A DNA stretch of 64,000 nucleotides from Bradyrhizobium sp. (GTDB lineage Bacteria > Pseudomonadota > Alphaproteobacteria > Rhizobiales > Xanthobacteraceae): NCBI GenBank assembly GCA_035568535.1, contig DATMNV010000008.1:2316-66315 (forward strand), written 5' to 3'. Every line of letters begins with the position of its first letter. The first letter of the stretch is position 1. This document shows, piece by piece, positions 26,381 through 38,591 of this stretch. Below the pieces are notes generated by a model that was not told the origin of the DNA, ran no database searches, and saw only the letters and a list, made by a program, of their open reading frames with translations. The position numbers and the translations under genes were made by a program.

Positions 26381-29300
26381 AGGCGCCGCGCCCGATTCCC
26401 GAGGCCGTGCGCGCCACACAGGCGCGCGCGTCGAACCCTGCATCGTCGTCGTTTGTGTCGGCCAATGCCGGCTCGGGCAAGACGCATGTGCTGGTGCAAC
26501 GGGTGATCCGGCTGCTGCTCGATGGCGTGCCGCCGGAAAAGATTCTCTGCATCACCTTCACCAAGGCCGCCGCCGCCAACATGGCCGAGCGCGTGTTCAC
26601 GACGCTGGGCCACTGGGTCACGCTTGATGATGCCGCGCTGGACAATGCCATTCTCGGCGTCGGCATTCCCCATCCGGACACGCGCTTGCGAAAGGCTGCC
26701 CGCGAGCTCTTCGCGCGCGCGCTGGAAACGCCGGGCGGGCTGAAGGTGCAGACCATTCATGCGCTTTGCACTCGGCTGCTGCAGCAATTTCCGTTCGAAG
26801 CCAACGTGCCGGCGCGCTTCGCCGTGCTGGACGATCGCGACCAGAACGACATGATGGAGCGCGCCAATCTCAGGGTGTTTTTGGAAGCCTCGCGCGCTCC
26901 CGACAGCGCCATCGGCCGAGCGCTGCAGACCGCGATGGCGAACGCCGCCGACGTCACCTTCAAGGACGTCGTGCGCGAGGCGTGCCTATCCCGCGACCAT
27001 TTCATGGCGTGGGCCGATGGGACCGGCGGCGTCGAGGCCGCGGCGGCGCAGATGTCGGCCGTGCTCGGTGTCGACAAGGACGATCGGATCGAGGATGTTG
27101 AGAATGAAATTCTCGAGGGCCCCTATCTGCCGCGCCGGCGATGGCCGGAGATGGCGGCAGCGCTGGATGACGGCAGCAAGACCGACCAGAAGCAGGCGGA
27201 TCAGTTGCGCGCCGCTTCTGCCTTCACCGGCAGCGCACAGGTTGACGAATATCTGTGCGTGTTCCTCACGGACGAGCGTTCTCCACGATCTGCCGTCCTC
27301 ACCAAGGGCTTCATCCGCGACAATCCATCCGTCGCCCGCCTGTTCGAAAACGAAATCCAGCGCCTCGGCCCGCTGATCGAAAAGCGCCGCGCCGTCGTCA
27401 CCCGCGAGCGCACCCAGGCGCTGCTGCATATCGCCACCTCGGCGGCGGCGAACTACCGGCGCGAGAAGCTGGAGCGCGGGCTGCTCGATTACGACGACCT
27501 CATCGACAAGACGCTCACGCTGCTGGGCAATGTTTCCGCCGGCTGGGTGCATTACAAGCTCGACCGCGGCGTCGATCACGTGCTGATCGACGAGGCGCAG
27601 GACACGAGCCCGCGGCAATGGGAAATCGTCGACCACATCATCTCGGAGTTCACGGCGGGCGCCGGCGCGCGCGATCGTCTCAACCGCACCGTCTTTGCGG
27701 TCGGCGACGAGAAGCAGTCGATCTTCTCGTTCCAGGGCGCAGCCCCCCGCGAGTTCGACGCCCGCCGCCGCGAGTTGCAGCGGAAATTCACCGCCGCGGG
27801 GCTGGAATTCGATCCGGTATCCTTCACCTATTCGTTCCGTTCGGGCCCGGCGATCCTGCAATCGGTCGACCACGTATTCCGCGAGGAAGCGATCTATCGC
27901 AGCATCCACTCGCCGGATATCGGTTACCCCATCCATCATTCGCTCAGCGACGCCGGCCCTGGCCTCATCGAGTTCTGGAATCTGGCGGAGCACGACGACA
28001 AAAAGGATATCGAGGGCTGGCGCGCGCCATTCGACGGCGTGTCGGTGACGAGCCCCGAAGTCAAACTGTCAAGACGAATTCAGGCCGAGATCAGGCGGTT
28101 GATCGAATCCGGCACCATGACGGGGCACACCGGCGACCGCCGGCCGCTGCGCTATGGCGACGTACTGGTGCTGGTGCGACGGCGCGGCAATATCTTTGAC
28201 GCGATCATCCAGGCGCTGAAGCAGGCCAATATCCCCGTCGCCGGCGCCGACCGGCTGAAGCTCACCGAGCACATCGCGATCATCGACCTGATGAACCTTG
28301 CCGACGCGCTGCTGCTGCCGCAGGACGATCTTGCGCTGGCGGTGGCGCTAAAGAGCCCTCTGTTCGGTCTCGCCGACGACGATCTGTTCGAGCTTGCATG
28401 GGAGCGCAAGGGATCGCTGCGCGAGGCGCTCACCAAGCATGCAGCGACGAACGACAAATTCGGGAGTGCCGAAGATCGGCTTGTCCAATGCGAACGGCGT
28501 TTTGCGCAGGACACACCCTTCGCATTCTGCGCCTGGCTGCTCGGCGGCGACGGCGGACGCCAGCGCATCCTGAAACGACTCGGGCATGAGGCCAATGACG
28601 CGCTCGATGAACTCCTGGAGCTCGCGCTGAATTACGAGCGCAAGGCGCCGGCCTCGCTGCAGGGTTTCATGGCTTGGCTGCGCTCGGCCGACACCGAAGT
28701 GAAGCGCGACATGGAAATCTCGCGCGACGAGGTGCGCGTCATGACGGTGCATGGCGCCAAGGGGCTGGAAGCCTCCGTCGTGTTCATGGTCGACACCACG
28801 TCGTCGCCATCGGATAAGCAGCGGCTGCGGTTGATCAACGTGCCGCGCGGCAATGGCGGCAAGGTCGTGGTCTGGGCGGGCAGAAAGGCCGACGATCCGA
28901 AAGTGGTTGCCGACGCGCGAACCGCGATGCTTGACGACACCGAAGATGAATATCGCCGGCTGCTCTATGTCGCGATGACGCGCGCCGCGGACCGGCTGAT
29001 CGTCGCGGGCTGCAAGCCCGGCAACATGAACAATGTGCGTCCCCTCTGCTGGTACGATCTGATCGACAAGGGGCTCGCCGGTTCCGGATTGCAGGAGCAG
29101 ACGATCAAGACGCCGGATGGGCCGATCAAGCGATATTCGCGGCCGGAGGATGGCGCGGCGGCCACGGGCGTAGCGGCGCAAACAGCCGGCGCGCGCCGCG
29201 AGCTGCCGGAATGGCTGCGCGCACCGGTGCTCGCGCAAGCCTCAAACGATCATTTCCTGCGGCCTTCGGATGCCGGCAGCGCCGCGTCAAAACTCCGATC

Positions 29301-29862
29301 GGGCGAATCGATCGAGCAGCGCACCAAGGCCCTGCAACGCGGCACGCTTGTGCATCGCCTGCTGCAGTCGCTGCCCGATCTGGCCACCGATCGCCGGCGC
29401 GACGCGGCGGAAAAATTCCTCGCGCGCAATGCCGCCGGCTGGGACGAGGCCGAACGCGCGGAGCTTGCGGAAAAGGTGCTGGCGCTGATCGCCGATCAGC
29501 GATTCGCGCCGGTGTTTGCCGAAGGCAGCCGGGCCGAGGTCGCCATCGTCGGTCGGCTCGACCTGCCGGGCCGGCCACGAGCGCTCGTTTCCGGACAGAT
29601 CGACCGCCTGGTGGTGACCGAAAACGAAGTTTTGATCGTCGATTTCAAGACCAACCACGCTCCGCCGCGAATAGCGGCCGACGCGCCGACCGCCTATGTC
29701 GGCCAACTCGCGCTGTACCGGGCGGTTTTGCGCAAGCTTTATCCCCAAGCCACCGTCCGCGCCGCGCTGCTCTGGACCGAAACTACTGATTTGATGGAGA
29801 TTTCTGTTCCCGCGCTGGACGCGGAACTGGCATCCCGCGGCAGCGGGGAAGGCCGTGCTTGA
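26374..29862 (+). CDS. addA: Double-strand break repair helicase/nuclease AddA
   Basis: [57 protein letters not shown]...DFKT. Confidence 0.96.
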   Translation: MVKAPRPIPEAVRATQARASNPASSSFVSANAGSGKTHVLVQRVIRLLLDGVPPEKILCITFTKAAAANMAERVFTTLGHWVTLDDAALDNAILGVGIPHPDTRLRKAARELFARALETPGGLKVQTIHALCTRLLQQFPFEANVPARFAVLDDRDQNDMMERANLRVFLEASRAPDSAIGRALQTAMANAADVTFKDVVREACLSRDHFMAWADGTGGVEAAAAQMSAVLGVDKDDRIEDVENEILEGPYLPRRRWPEMAAALDDGSKTDQKQADQLRAASAFTGSAQVDEYLCVFLTDERSPRSAVLTKGFIRDNPSVARLFENEIQRLGPLIEKRRAVVTRERTQALLHIATSAAANYRREKLERGLLDYDDLIDKTLTLLGNVSAGWVHYKLDRGVDHVLIDEAQDTSPRQWEIVDHIISEFTAGAGARDRLNRTVFAVGDEKQSIFSFQGAAPREFDARRRELQRKFTAAGLEFDPVSFTYSFRSGPAILQSVDHVFREEAIYRSIHSPDIGYPIHHSLSDAGPGLIEFWNLAEHDDKKDIEGWRAPFDGVSVTSPEVKLSRRIQAEIRRLIESGTMTGHTGDRRPLRYGDVLVLVRRRGNIFDAIIQALKQANIPVAGADRLKLTEHIAIIDLMNLADALLLPQDDLALAVALKSPLFGLADDDLFELAWERKGSLREALTKHAATNDKFGSAEDRLVQCERRFAQDTPFAFCAWLLGGDGGRQRILKRLGHEANDALDELLELALNYERKAPASLQGFMAWLRSADTEVKRDMEISRDEVRVMTVHGAKGLEASVVFMVDTTSSPSDKQRLRLINVPRGNGGKVVVWAGRKADDPKVVADARTAMLDDTEDEYRRLLYVAMTRAADRLIVAGCKPGNMNNVRPLCWYDLIDKGLAGSGLQEQTIKTPDGPIKRYSRPEDGAAATGVAAQTAGARRELPEWLRAPVLAQASNDHFLRPSDAGSAASKLRSGESIEQRTKALQRGTLVHRLLQSLPDLATDRRRDAAEKFLARNAAGWDEAERAELAEKVLALIADQRFAPVFAEGSRAEVAIVGRLDLPGRPRALVSGQIDRLVVTENEVLIVDFKTNHAPPRIAADAPTAYVGQLALYRAVLRKLYPQATVRAALLWTETTDLMEISVPALDAELASRGSGEGRA

Positions 29863-29951
29863 CCCGGCAACATCTCGTTCATACGTTTCACCCATGCTCC
29901 CAGGCGCGATTCTATGCCGCGCCCTTCTCTCCAACCAAACGAGGTGTTCCC

Positions 29952-30272
29952 ATGGCCGTTGGCAAGGTTTCTGACGCCAATTTCGAAGCCGAAGTGCTCA
30001 AGGCCCAAGGGCCTGTCGTGGTCGACTTCTGGGCCGAATGGTGCGGCCCCTGCCGCATGATCGCTCCCGCACTCGACGAAATCTCCGGTGCGATGGGCGA
30101 GAAGGTCAAGATCGTGAAGCTCAACGTCGACGAGAGCCCGAAGACGGCGTCGAAGTATGGCGTGATGTCGATCCCGACCCTGATGATCTTCAAGGGCGGC
30201 GAAATGGCCTCCCGCCAGGTCGGCGCCGCGCCGAAGGCAAAGCTGCAGCAGTGGATCACCGCTGCGGTCTGA
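29952..30272 (+). CDS. trxA: Thioredoxin
   Basis: [10 protein letters not shown]; GAGGT ribosome-binding site. Confidence 0.97.
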   Translation: MAVGKVSDANFEAEVLKAQGPVVVDFWAEWCGPCRMIAPALDEISGAMGEKVKIVKLNVDESPKTASKYGVMSIPTLMIFKGGEMASRQVGAAPKAKLQQWITAAV

Positions 30273-30300
30273 GCCGCTTTCCACGCAATGCCATTGCATG

Positions 30301-30330
30301 ACGGCCGGCGCCAAGCCGGCCGTTTTGTTT
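30301..30330 (+). terminator. Intrinsic terminator after trxA
   Basis: acggccggc-N5-gccggccgt followed by tttgttt. Confidence 0.75.
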
Positions 30331-31070
30331 CATTTGAGCCAGCCCGTGGCAATCGCCGTCGCCAATTCGACTTGGCCGTTCTGCCGCGCCAGCGTGGCCA
30401 TCGCGTCGTGATCATAGGGCACGTGGCGAAAGCTCACCTGCCAGGCGTCGCCGGACAGTTCAAGGATGGCGTAGCGTGCGTCGGGCGAACCCGCCTCGAC
30501 GACATGCGGGATTGGATGCACGTCGCGATAGCCGGGACTGCCGACGCTGCCGGGATTGACGATCAGGAGGCCGTTCCGCAGGCGCACGGCACGCGCAAGA
30601 TGCGTATGCGCGCAGAGGATCAGCCTCTGAGTAATGCCCGCTGCCAGCTGCTCAATCCGCTCATATGACGACATGGCTACCGTGCCATCGGGAAGCACCG
30701 TCTCAAGCCAATAGACTTCGTCGCTGGCAGGCGTCGCGTGGCAGAGGAAGACCTGACCGCGAAACACCTTCGTGGACGGCAAAGCACGCAGCCAATCGAG
30801 ATGATCAGCATCAAGCTGGGCATGGGCCGGCCGGTCCCATGATCCCATCTTCTCCGGCGCGCGATCGATCAGATAGCGGTCGTGATTGCCGAGCACATGC
30901 ACGGCGTCGAGTGCCATCAATGCGTCCATGGTGCGCCGCGCGTCCAGCGGGCCGCTTGCCATGTCGCCGAGATTGACGATGTCCTTGATGCCCTGCGCGC
31001 GGATATCCGCGATCACCGCTTCCAGCGCGAGATAGTTCCCGTGGACGTCGGCAATCGCGGCAAAGCGCAT
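30330..31070 (-). CDS. Metallophosphoesterase family protein
   Basis: ADVHGN, LGD, GNHD, AHTH, NPGSVG. Confidence 0.92.
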   Translation of the reverse strand: MRFAAIADVHGNYLALEAVIADIRAQGIKDIVNLGDMASGPLDARRTMDALMALDAVHVLGNHDRYLIDRAPEKMGSWDRPAHAQLDADHLDWLRALPSTKVFRGQVFLCHATPASDEVYWLETVLPDGTVAMSSYERIEQLAAGITQRLILCAHTHLARAVRLRNGLLIVNPGSVGSPGYRDVHPIPHVVEAGSPDARYAILELSGDAWQVSFRHVPYDHDAMATLARQNGQVELATAIATGWLK

Positions 31071-31073
31071 GCG

Positions 31074-32402
31074 CTAGCCCGGCGGCGTGCCGTTGATGGC
31101 TAGCACGTGGCCGGCGAGATAGAGCGAGCCCGCGATCAGAATGCGTGGCGGCACTTCATAGGCGAGCCTGGCTATTCCGCGCAGCGCGGCTTCGACGTTG
31201 CCGGCGATCTCGACGCGCATGCCGAGCGTGCGCGCCGCATCGGCGATCCGATCCTGCGGCATCGGATTGTCCTGGCCGGGAATCTCCACGGTGACGATAT
31301 GCCGCGTCAATCCGGCGAAATTGGCGAGGAACGCGCCGGCGTCCTTGCTGCCCATCATGCCCGCGATCACCACCAGCGGCCGCGACACCCGCTCCTCGAG
31401 ATCGCCGAGCGCGGCCGCCGCGACGCGGCCGCCTTCGGCATTATGGCCGCCATCGAGCCAGATCTCGCAGCCCTTCGGCCCCAATTCGATCAGCTTGCCG
31501 GACGACAGCCGCTGCATCCGCGCCGGCCATTCGGCATGGACGATGCCCTCGTAGGCCGCATGCCCGAGCTTGAGCATGTCGATGGCGCGCATGGTCGCGA
31601 TCGCAAGCCCGGCATTGTCGAACTGATGCCGGCCGAACAGCTTTGGCGCCGCCAGGTCCATCAAGCCGCGCTCGTCCTGATAGACCAGCCGGCCGCGCTC
31701 GACACTGACATGCCATTGCTGCCCGGCAGCATGCAGCGGCGCGCGCATCCGCCGCGCCTGCTGCTCGATCACTTCCATGGCTTTCGGGTGCTGTTCGGCT
31801 GAAATCACCGGCACGTTGCGCTTGATGATCGCGGCCTTCTCGCCGGCGATGGAAGTCAGTGTATCGCCCAGAAATTCCATGTGGTCCATGCTGATGGGCG
31901 TAATCACGCTGGCGAGCGGCGCCTCGACCACGTTGGTGGAATCAAGCCGGCCGCCGAGGCCGACTTCGAGCAGCAGCACGTCGGCGGGATGTCGCGCGAA
32001 CAGGCAAAAGCCGGCCGCGGTCTTGGCCTCGAAGAAGGTGAGCGGCTCACCCGCATTGGTCCGCTCGACATGTTCGAGTGCGGCCTGCAGCTCGTCATCG
32101 GCTACCAGTTGGCCTGCGAGGCGGAAGCACTCGTTGATGCGCACCAGCCAGGGCGAGGTGTAGGCGTGAACCCGAAGGCCGGCGGTCTCCAGGATCGCGC
32201 GCAGATACGCGACCGTCGAACCCTTGCCATTGGTGCCGGCGACATGGATCACCGGAGGCAGTTTTTTCTCGGGATGATCGAGCCGCGCCAGCACGCGATG
32301 CATGCGATCGAGGCTGAGGTCGATACGCTTCGGATGCAGCGCGGAGAGCCGCGCGATCACATCGCCAAGCGAATCCCGGGGTTTGGCGGCCGGCGCGTTC
32401 AC
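31074..32402 (-). CDS. folC: Folylpolyglutamate/dihydrofolate synthase
   Basis: [32 protein letters not shown]; GTG start overlaps the accD stop. Confidence 0.95.
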   Translation of the reverse strand: MNAPAAKPRDSLGDVIARLSALHPKRIDLSLDRMHRVLARLDHPEKKLPPVIHVAGTNGKGSTVAYLRAILETAGLRVHAYTSPWLVRINECFRLAGQLVADDELQAALEHVERTNAGEPLTFFEAKTAAGFCLFARHPADVLLLEVGLGGRLDSTNVVEAPLASVITPISMDHMEFLGDTLTSIAGEKAAIIKRNVPVISAEQHPKAMEVIEQQARRMRAPLHAAGQQWHVSVERGRLVYQDERGLMDLAAPKLFGRHQFDNAGLAIATMRAIDMLKLGHAAYEGIVHAEWPARMQRLSSGKLIELGPKGCEIWLDGGHNAEGGRVAAAALGDLEERVSRPLVVIAGMMGSKDAGAFLANFAGLTRHIVTVEIPGQDNPMPQDRIADAARTLGMRVEIAGNVEAALRGIARLAYEVPPRILIAGSLYLAGHVLAINGTPPG

Positions 32403-33340
32403 GCGTGCGGCGCGGCCGGCGCCGTTTCCGGAGCCGACGCGATCTGGGCCGGCTCGGGAACGAGCGGCGCTGGCTTCGGCGCGGTCTCCAGCGCCGGTGA
32501 TTTGGTCAGGATACGGCATAGCCGCGCCAGCGTCGGGCGCAGCTCATGGCGATGCACGACCATGTCGACCATGCCGTGGTCGCGCAGATATTCGGCGCGC
32601 TGGAAACCCTCGGGCAGCTTCTCGCGGATGGTCTGCTCGATCACGCGCGCGCCCGCGAAGCCAATCAACGCGCCGGGCTCGGCAATCTGGACGTCGCCGA
32701 GCATGGCATAGGAGGCGGTGACGCCTCCGGTGGTCGGATTGGTCAGCACCACGATGTAAGGCAATCTCGCTTCGCGCAGCATCTGCACGGCGACCGTGGT
32801 GCGCGGCATCTGCATCAGCGACAAAATACCCTCCTGCATCCGCGCCCCGCCGGAAGCCGCGAACACGATGAAGGGCGATTTCTTCTCGACCGCGAGCTCG
32901 AGCCCGCGCACGATGGCCTCGCCCGCCGCCATGCCGAGCGAGCCGCCCATGAAATCGAAATCCTGCACGGCGATGACGGCGGCCGCGCCTTCGAGCTTGC
33001 CGTAGCCCACCTTGATGGCGTCGTTCATGCCGGTGCGGGCGCGCGCATCCTTGATGCGGTCGGCATAGCGCTTCTCGTCGCGGAATTTCAGGGGATCGGC
33101 GGTCACCTCGGGCAGCGCGATGTCGTACCAGGTCTCGTTGTCGAAGATCGATTTCAGCCGCGCTGTCGCACCCATGCGCAGATGGTAGTTGGAGCCGGGG
33201 ATCACCATCTGGTTGGCCTCGACGTCCTTGTAGAACACGAGCTGCCCGGAATCCGGACACTTGATCCAGAGATTCTCCGGGGTCTCGCGGCGCAGGATGT
33301 TGCGGATCTTCGGCCGAACGACGTTGGTGAGCCAATTCAT
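32399..33340 (-). CDS. accD: Acetyl-CoA carboxylase carboxyltransferase beta subunit
   Basis: [36 protein letters not shown]. Confidence 0.97.
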   Translation of the reverse strand: MNWLTNVVRPKIRNILRRETPENLWIKCPDSGQLVFYKDVEANQMVIPGSNYHLRMGATARLKSIFDNETWYDIALPEVTADPLKFRDEKRYADRIKDARARTGMNDAIKVGYGKLEGAAAVIAVQDFDFMGGSLGMAAGEAIVRGLELAVEKKSPFIVFAASGGARMQEGILSLMQMPRTTVAVQMLREARLPYIVVLTNPTTGGVTASYAMLGDVQIAEPGALIGFAGARVIEQTIREKLPEGFQRAEYLRDHGMVDMVVHRHELRPTLARLCRILTKSPALETAPKPAPLVPEPAQIASAPETAPAAPHA

Positions 33341-33426
33341 GTTTCGCTCCGATCGTTTCGAATATATGGCTTCCCGGACCGGGCCCGGCAAGCCGTCTCT
33401 CAACGCTTACTCAGCATGAAATGCGC

Positions 33427-34263
33427 CTATTCGGCGGCCTGTCGCGCGCCTCGCACGCCCCGCGCGAGGGATGCGGCGAGATCGGCGACTGCGTTAACGG
33501 TTTTGGCGGTGGCGCGGCCCTCCGCGTCGAGGCTGCCGCGCAACGCATCGACCAGCGCGGTTCCGACAACGGCGCCATTAGCTCGCTCGGCGATGGCACG
33601 CGCGGCGTCCGGGGTGCGGATGCCGAAGCCGACGCAGACCGGAAGATCGGTATGCCGCTTGATCCGCGCTACCGCATCGCCAACGGCTTTCGAATCGGCG
33701 GTCGCACTGCCGGTGATGCCGGTGATCGAGACGTAATAGACGAAGCCCGAGGTGTTGGCGAGCACGGCCGGCAGCCGCTTGTCGTCGGTCGTCGGCGTCG
33801 CCAGACGAATGAAATTCAGCCCGGCCTTCAGCGCCGGCACGCAGAGCTCGGTGTCCTCCTCCGACGGCAGGTCGACGATGATCAGGCCGTCGACACCGGC
33901 AGTCTTGGCGTCACCCAAGAATTTGTCGACGCCATAGATGTAGATCGGATTGTAGTAACCCATCAGCACCAGCGGCGTGGTGTTGTCATCCTTGCGGAAG
34001 CCGCGCACCAGCTCCAGCGTCTTCTTCAGGGTCATGCCGGCTTTGAGCGCGCGCAGGCCGGCGGCCTGGATCGAGGGGCCGTCCGCCATCGGGTCGGTGA
34101 AGGGCATGCCGATCTCGATGATGTCGGCGCCGGCCTTCGGCAGCGCCTTGATGATGTCGAGGGAAATGGCGGGATCAGGATCGCCCGCCATCAGGAAGGT
34201 GACGAAAGCCGAGCGGCCTTCGCGAGCGAGCTGCGCAAAACGCGCGTCAATGCGGGTGGTCAC
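33427..34263 (-). CDS. trpA: Tryptophan synthase alpha chain
   Basis: [32 protein letters not shown]. Confidence 0.98.
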   Translation of the reverse strand: MTTRIDARFAQLAREGRSAFVTFLMAGDPDPAISLDIIKALPKAGADIIEIGMPFTDPMADGPSIQAAGLRALKAGMTLKKTLELVRGFRKDDNTTPLVLMGYYNPIYIYGVDKFLGDAKTAGVDGLIIVDLPSEEDTELCVPALKAGLNFIRLATPTTDDKRLPAVLANTSGFVYYVSITGITGSATADSKAVGDAVARIKRHTDLPVCVGFGIRTPDAARAIAERANGAVVGTALVDALRGSLDAEGRATAKTVNAVADLAASLARGVRGARQAAE

Positions 34264-35477
34264 TTCTTCCTCGCCTTCAGGATATCACCGACCTGCGGCA
34301 CGTCCTTGTCGCCGCGGCCGGAGAGGTTGACCACCATCAAATGATCTTTCGGCAGCCCGGGCGCGAGCTCCATTACTTTCGCGATCGCATGCGCAGGCTC
34401 AAGCGCGGGGATGATGCCTTCCAGACGGGACAACAGCTGGAACGCTTCGAGCGCCTCATCGTCGGTGGCGGAGAGATATTTCACGCGGCCGATCTCGTGC
34501 AGCCAGGAATGTTCGGGGCCGATGCCGGGATAATCGAGGCCGGCCGAGATCGAATGCGCATCCTGGATCTGGCCGTCATCGTTCATCAAGAGATAGGTGC
34601 GGTTGCCGTGAAGCACGCCGGGCCGGCCGCCGGCGATCGAAGCCGCGTGCAATTGGGTGAGCCCATGGCCGGCCGCTTCCACGCCGAAGATTTCGACCGA
34701 AGGATCATCAAGGAAAGGATGGAACAGCCCCATCGCATTGGAGCCGCCGCCGATGCAGGCGATCAGCGAATCCGGCAGGCGGCCTTCGGCCTCCTGCAAC
34801 TGCTTCTTGGTCTCGTTGCCGATCACCGACTGGAAGTCGCGCACCATCGCCGGATAGGGATGCGGGCCCGCCACCGTGCCGATGCAATAGAAGGTGTCGT
34901 GCACGTTGGTGACCCAGTCGCGCAGCGCCTCGTTCATCGCATCCTTCAGCGTGCGCGTGCCCGACTGCACCGGAAAAACCTTGGCGCCGAGCATCTCCAT
35001 GCGAATCACATTGGGTTGCTGCCGCGCGACGTCGACCGCGCCCATATAGACCACGCAGTCCAGGCCAAAGCGTGCGCACAGCGTTGCGGTGGCAACGCCA
35101 TGCTGGCCGGCGCCGGTCTCAGCGATGATGCGCTTCTTGCCCATGCGCCGCGCCATCATGATCTGGCCCAGCACATTGTTGACCTTGTGCGAGCCGGTGT
35201 GGTTCAGCTCCTCGCGCTTGAAATAGATTTTGGCGCCGCCGAGATGCTCGGTCAGCCGCTCGGCGAAATAGAGCGGCGAGGGACGGCCGACATAGTCGCG
35301 CAGGTGGCCGTTCATCTCCTTCTGGAACGTCGGATCGGCCTTGGCCGCCGTATAGGCCTTCTCCAGGTCGAGGATCAGCGGCATCAGCGTTTCCGCGACA
35401 AAGCGGCCGCCGAAAATGCCAAAGTGCCCGCGCTCATCGGGGCCGCTGCGGAAGGAATTGGGACGAACCTGGTTCAT
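34260..35477 (-). CDS. trpB: Tryptophan synthase beta chain
   Basis: [42 protein letters not shown]. Confidence 0.98.
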   Translation of the reverse strand: MNQVRPNSFRSGPDERGHFGIFGGRFVAETLMPLILDLEKAYTAAKADPTFQKEMNGHLRDYVGRPSPLYFAERLTEHLGGAKIYFKREELNHTGSHKVNNVLGQIMMARRMGKKRIIAETGAGQHGVATATLCARFGLDCVVYMGAVDVARQQPNVIRMEMLGAKVFPVQSGTRTLKDAMNEALRDWVTNVHDTFYCIGTVAGPHPYPAMVRDFQSVIGNETKKQLQEAEGRLPDSLIACIGGGSNAMGLFHPFLDDPSVEIFGVEAAGHGLTQLHAASIAGGRPGVLHGNRTYLLMNDDGQIQDAHSISAGLDYPGIGPEHSWLHEIGRVKYLSATDDEALEAFQLLSRLEGIIPALEPAHAIAKVMELAPGLPKDHLMVVNLSGRGDKDVPQVGDILKARKK

Positions 35478-35484
35478 CGGACGG

Positions 35485-36333
35485 TCAACTCTTTATCTCG
35501 TTGAGCGGTGCCGTCTCTTCCCCCTCTCCCCGATCTTGCGGGGTCGAGACGAGCGAAGCTCGCTCTGAGAGGGTTGGGGTGAGGGGCTCGTTCCGCAAAT
35601 TCTGTGAGAGACGCGCCCGCGGAGCCTCCCCCTCACCCGGATCGCTAACGCGATCCGACCTCTCCCCGTTTACGGGGAGACGTGAGAGAGGAGCGCTTGC
35701 ACGCGCGGCGCGGATGAAATCGCGGATCATCTCGATGTCCTTGATGCCGGGCGCGCGCTCCACACCCGAAGAGACATCGACGCCGCCGGCGCGGGTGACG
35801 CGGACGGCTTCCGCGACATTGCCGGCATGGAGGCCGCCCGAGACCATGAAGGGCAGGCCGAGGTCAAGATCTTTGAGCAGGTGCCAGTCGAACACGGCCC
35901 CGAGGCCGCCCGGACGCGTCGCGCCCCTGGGCGGGCGGGCATCGAACAAGATGCGGTCGGCGACGGCGGCATAATCCTGCAGGGACGCGAGATCGGCGGC
36001 GCGCTCGACCGGCAACGCCTTCATCACCTCGCGGCCGAACTTCCGCTTGATCTCCGACAACCGCGCCACGGTCTCATGGCCGTGCAGCTGCAAGATGTCG
36101 GGCTGCAGCGCAGCGATAATGCCCTCCAACGTCGCGTCGTCGGCGTCCACGGTCAGCGCGACCTTGATCGCGCGCTGCTTCACCCGGCTGCCGAGCTCGC
36201 GCGCGGTCTCGAGCGCGAGGTGGCGCGGCGACGGCGGAAAGAACACGAAGCCGACCATATCGGCGCCGGCGTCCAGCGCCGCGTCGAGCGTCTCGCGCGT
36301 GGAAAGGCCACAGATCTTGACAGCCAGGGACAT
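35485..36333 (-). CDS. trpF: Phosphoribosylanthranilate isomerase with repeat-derived C-terminal extension
   Basis: [29 protein letters not shown]; about 70 extra residues after FIRAARA. Confidence 0.93.
   Translation of the reverse strand: MSLAVKICGLSTRETLDAALDAGADMVGFVFFPPSPRHLALETARELGSRVKQRAIKVALTVDADDATLEGIIAALQPDILQLHGHETVARLSEIKRKFGREVMKALPVERAADLASLQDYAAVADRILFDARPPRGATRPGGLGAVFDWHLLKDLDLGLPFMVSGGLHAGNVAEAVRVTRAGGVDVSSGVERAPGIKDIEMIRDFIRAARASAPLSRLPVNGERSDRVSDPGEGEAPRARLSQNLRNEPLTPTLSERASLVSTPQDRGEGEETAPLNEIKS
35518..35694. repeat. Composite palindromic element inside the trpF 3' end
   Basis: cccctctcccc..., ggggtgagggg...cccctcaccc, ggatcgc-taac-gcgatcc, ctccccgt-tt-acggggag; same family as 3718-3854, opposite orientation. 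Confidence 0.82.
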
Positions 36334-36379
36334 CAATACGTTTCGCAGAGCGGAAATAACGGGTTCAACCGGGGCGGGT

Positions 36380-36772
36380 TTACAACGTCGCGCCCTGCTT
36401 GTCTCGCCCCGCAGCGCCGTAGAAACCGGCCCGCGAGGTCAGCGCCAGCCGCTGGGCATCGCCGCGCGCGGCCAGCGCATCGGCGCGCAGTTCCGCCAAT
36501 TGCGCCCTGACGGTGCGCGCATCGGCCTCGTGCTGCCGCGCCGCCCGCCGCCAGCGGTGCTGGCCGGACCAGCTGGCGCAGCCGCCGGCGACCACGCCCA
36601 GGATCGCCACCGCGATGATCAGCACGAACAGCGGCAGCGAGACCTTGATCGAGGGATCGACCGAGTTGAAGGGGTCGAACGAGACCGTGACGAAATGCCG
36701 GTTCGCGACGGCGAAGGTGACAAAGATCAGCCCGAGGAGGATGGCGAACAGGGTGCTGAAGAATTTTCGCAT
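36380..36772 (-). CDS. lapA: LapA/DUF1049 family membrane protein
   Basis: Two TM helices around FAVANRHFVTVSFDPF; directly downstream of ihfB. Confidence 0.75.
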   Translation of the reverse strand: MRKFFSTLFAILLGLIFVTFAVANRHFVTVSFDPFNSVDPSIKVSLPLFVLIIAVAILGVVAGGCASWSGQHRWRRAARQHEADARTVRAQLAELRADALAARGDAQRLALTSRAGFYGAAGRDKQGATL

Positions 36773-36848
36773 GGCGATGGCTCGCGTTGATCGCAGCTGA
36801 TAGTCCGAAATCGGCGGCCGCAGGCTTTTGGCCGCCGGGCGCAAGAAC

Positions 36849-37148
36849 TCAGGCGCCGGCCTCGGGATTGTCGCGGTTCAGCCGTTCGCGCATTTCCTTG
36901 CCCGTCTTGAAGAACGGAACGCTCTTCTGATCGACCGGCACATGGGCGCCGGTGCGCGGATTGCGGCCGGCGCGGGCTGGGCGATGCTTCACCGAGAACG
37001 CGCCAAAACCGCGCAGTTCCACCCGATCGCCGCGCGCCAGTGCAGCCACGATCTCGTCGAGGATCGCATTCACGATATTCTCTACATCCCGCTGGTAGAG
37101 ATGCGGGTTGTGCTCGGCGATACGCTGAACAAGTTCGGATTTGATCAT
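36849..37148 (-). CDS. ihfB: Integration host factor beta subunit
   Basis: [34 protein letters not shown]. Confidence 0.97.
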   Translation of the reverse strand: MIKSELVQRIAEHNPHLYQRDVENIVNAILDEIVAALARGDRVELRGFGAFSVKHRPARAGRNPRTGAHVPVDQKSVPFFKTGKEMRERLNRDNPEAGA

Positions 37149-37320
37149 CGAGAGTTCGGATCCGGGAGCGTCACTGATCCATTTCCGTGAAAATACCTTG
37201 AACTGTCAAGACGCTAAATCAAGTTTGCGCGCCGCGAAAGTGCGTGACAAACGCCCGAACAGGGGGTTGTCCCACCACTCGCACTGCGGGAAAGGCCGCC
37301 ATAATCGGTTTTGCAAGGTT

Positions 37321-38289
37321 TCAATTGGTCGCAGCCGGCTGCCATAGCGCAAGCATCCCATCGAGACCGAGGCGATCGATACCCGCGTTCTCGACCTGGC
37401 GTGCGATCGCACCCAGACCGAGGGCGTCGAACGTGATGGAGGCCGCGGTCCGCAGGAAAGTCAGGTCGCCGAAGCGCGGCCCGAGCTTGTAGTCGCGCAC
37501 CGGCAGGTCCTTCTTGACGCCCTTCTGCTCGACCAGCCAGGCGATCGCGGTCTTCTCGTCGCCGAGCTGGTCGATCAGCTTGAGATCGACCGCCTGGCGG
37601 CCGGTGAACACGCGTCCGTCCGCGACCTTTTCGAGCTGCGTGTCGTCCATGCCGCGCCGTTCCTTCACCAGTCCCTTGAACCAGGCAAAGGAATCCTTCA
37701 CCAGCGAATCCAGGGCGTCGCGGGCTTCGGGGCTGGTCGGCTCAAAGCCGTTGGGGGCAGCTTTCAGCGGGGAAGACTTCACTTCCTCGACCTTGACACC
37801 GACCGTCTTGAGCACCTCGGAAAAATTCGGAAACTGGAACAGCACGCCGATCGAACCGACCAGCGAGGTTTGCTGCGCCACAATATGATCGGCCGCGATC
37901 GCGGTGATGTAGCCGCCGGAGGCCGCCAATCCTTCCACGACCACGACCAGCGGCTTCTTCGCCTTCAACTGCACCAGCGAATCATAGAGCTGCTCGGAGC
38001 CGGCGGTGGTGCCCCCGGGCGAGTTGATATGGACGACGACGGCGGCGGCTTGCGACTTCTCCAGCCGCTCCAGCGCCTCGACGCGCTCCCGGTCGCTGCG
38101 AATCAGGCCTTCGATATTGACGCGTGCGATCGAGCCGGATGAGGTGAAGGTACCGCGGCTGCCGGGCGACACCAATGCGCCGACAACGGCGACCGCCGCA
38201 ATAGCGATCACAACGGCCGCCACGCGCCAGAAGGTCAGCTTGCGGCGCATCCGCCGGCGATCGACGATCACATCGGAATCCAGCGACAT
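37321..38289 (-). CDS. sppA: Signal peptide peptidase SppA (S49)
   Basis: INSPGG, AASGGY, GSIGV, DGRVFTG. Confidence 0.93.
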   Translation of the reverse strand: MSLDSDVIVDRRRMRRKLTFWRVAAVVIAIAAVAVVGALVSPGSRGTFTSSGSIARVNIEGLIRSDRERVEALERLEKSQAAAVVVHINSPGGTTAGSEQLYDSLVQLKAKKPLVVVVEGLAASGGYITAIAADHIVAQQTSLVGSIGVLFQFPNFSEVLKTVGVKVEEVKSSPLKAAPNGFEPTSPEARDALDSLVKDSFAWFKGLVKERRGMDDTQLEKVADGRVFTGRQAVDLKLIDQLGDEKTAIAWLVEQKGVKKDLPVRDYKLGPRFGDLTFLRTAASITFDALGLGAIARQVENAGIDRLGLDGMLALWQPAATN

Positions 38290-38390
38290 CGAAATTCTCC
38301 TGAAAACATTCCTCGCGCGTTTTGCGCCCGCAGCGTGACCAGCGCGTTATTGATTACATCAATTGCGGCGCAATATGAAGAAATGAAGGC

Positions 38391-38530
38391 TCTCTTACCT
38401 TCTCCCCTTGTGCGAGAAGGTGGCGCGTAGCGCCGGTTGAGGGGTCTCCATCCGCGGAGAGAACCCCTCGCCCGTCACGAACTCGCTTTGCGCGTTCATG
38501 ACACCCTCTCCCACAAGGGGAAAGGGTGAG
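38391..38530. repeat. Composite palindromic element between rpsA and sppA
   Basis: ccttctccccttgtgcgagaagg, gaggggtctc...gagaacccctc, ccctctcccacaaggggaaaggg. Confidence 0.8.
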
Positions 38531-38536
38531 ACAAAC

Positions 38537-38564
38537 AAAAAGGCCCCGGTCGTGACCGGGGCCT
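38537..38564 (-). terminator. Intrinsic terminator after rpsA
   Basis: aggccccggtc-gt-gaccggggcct with A-tract on the left (U-tract on the minus strand). Confidence 0.8.
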
Positions 38565-38591
38565 GATTCGCATTCGCAAGTGAGCGAAGGC

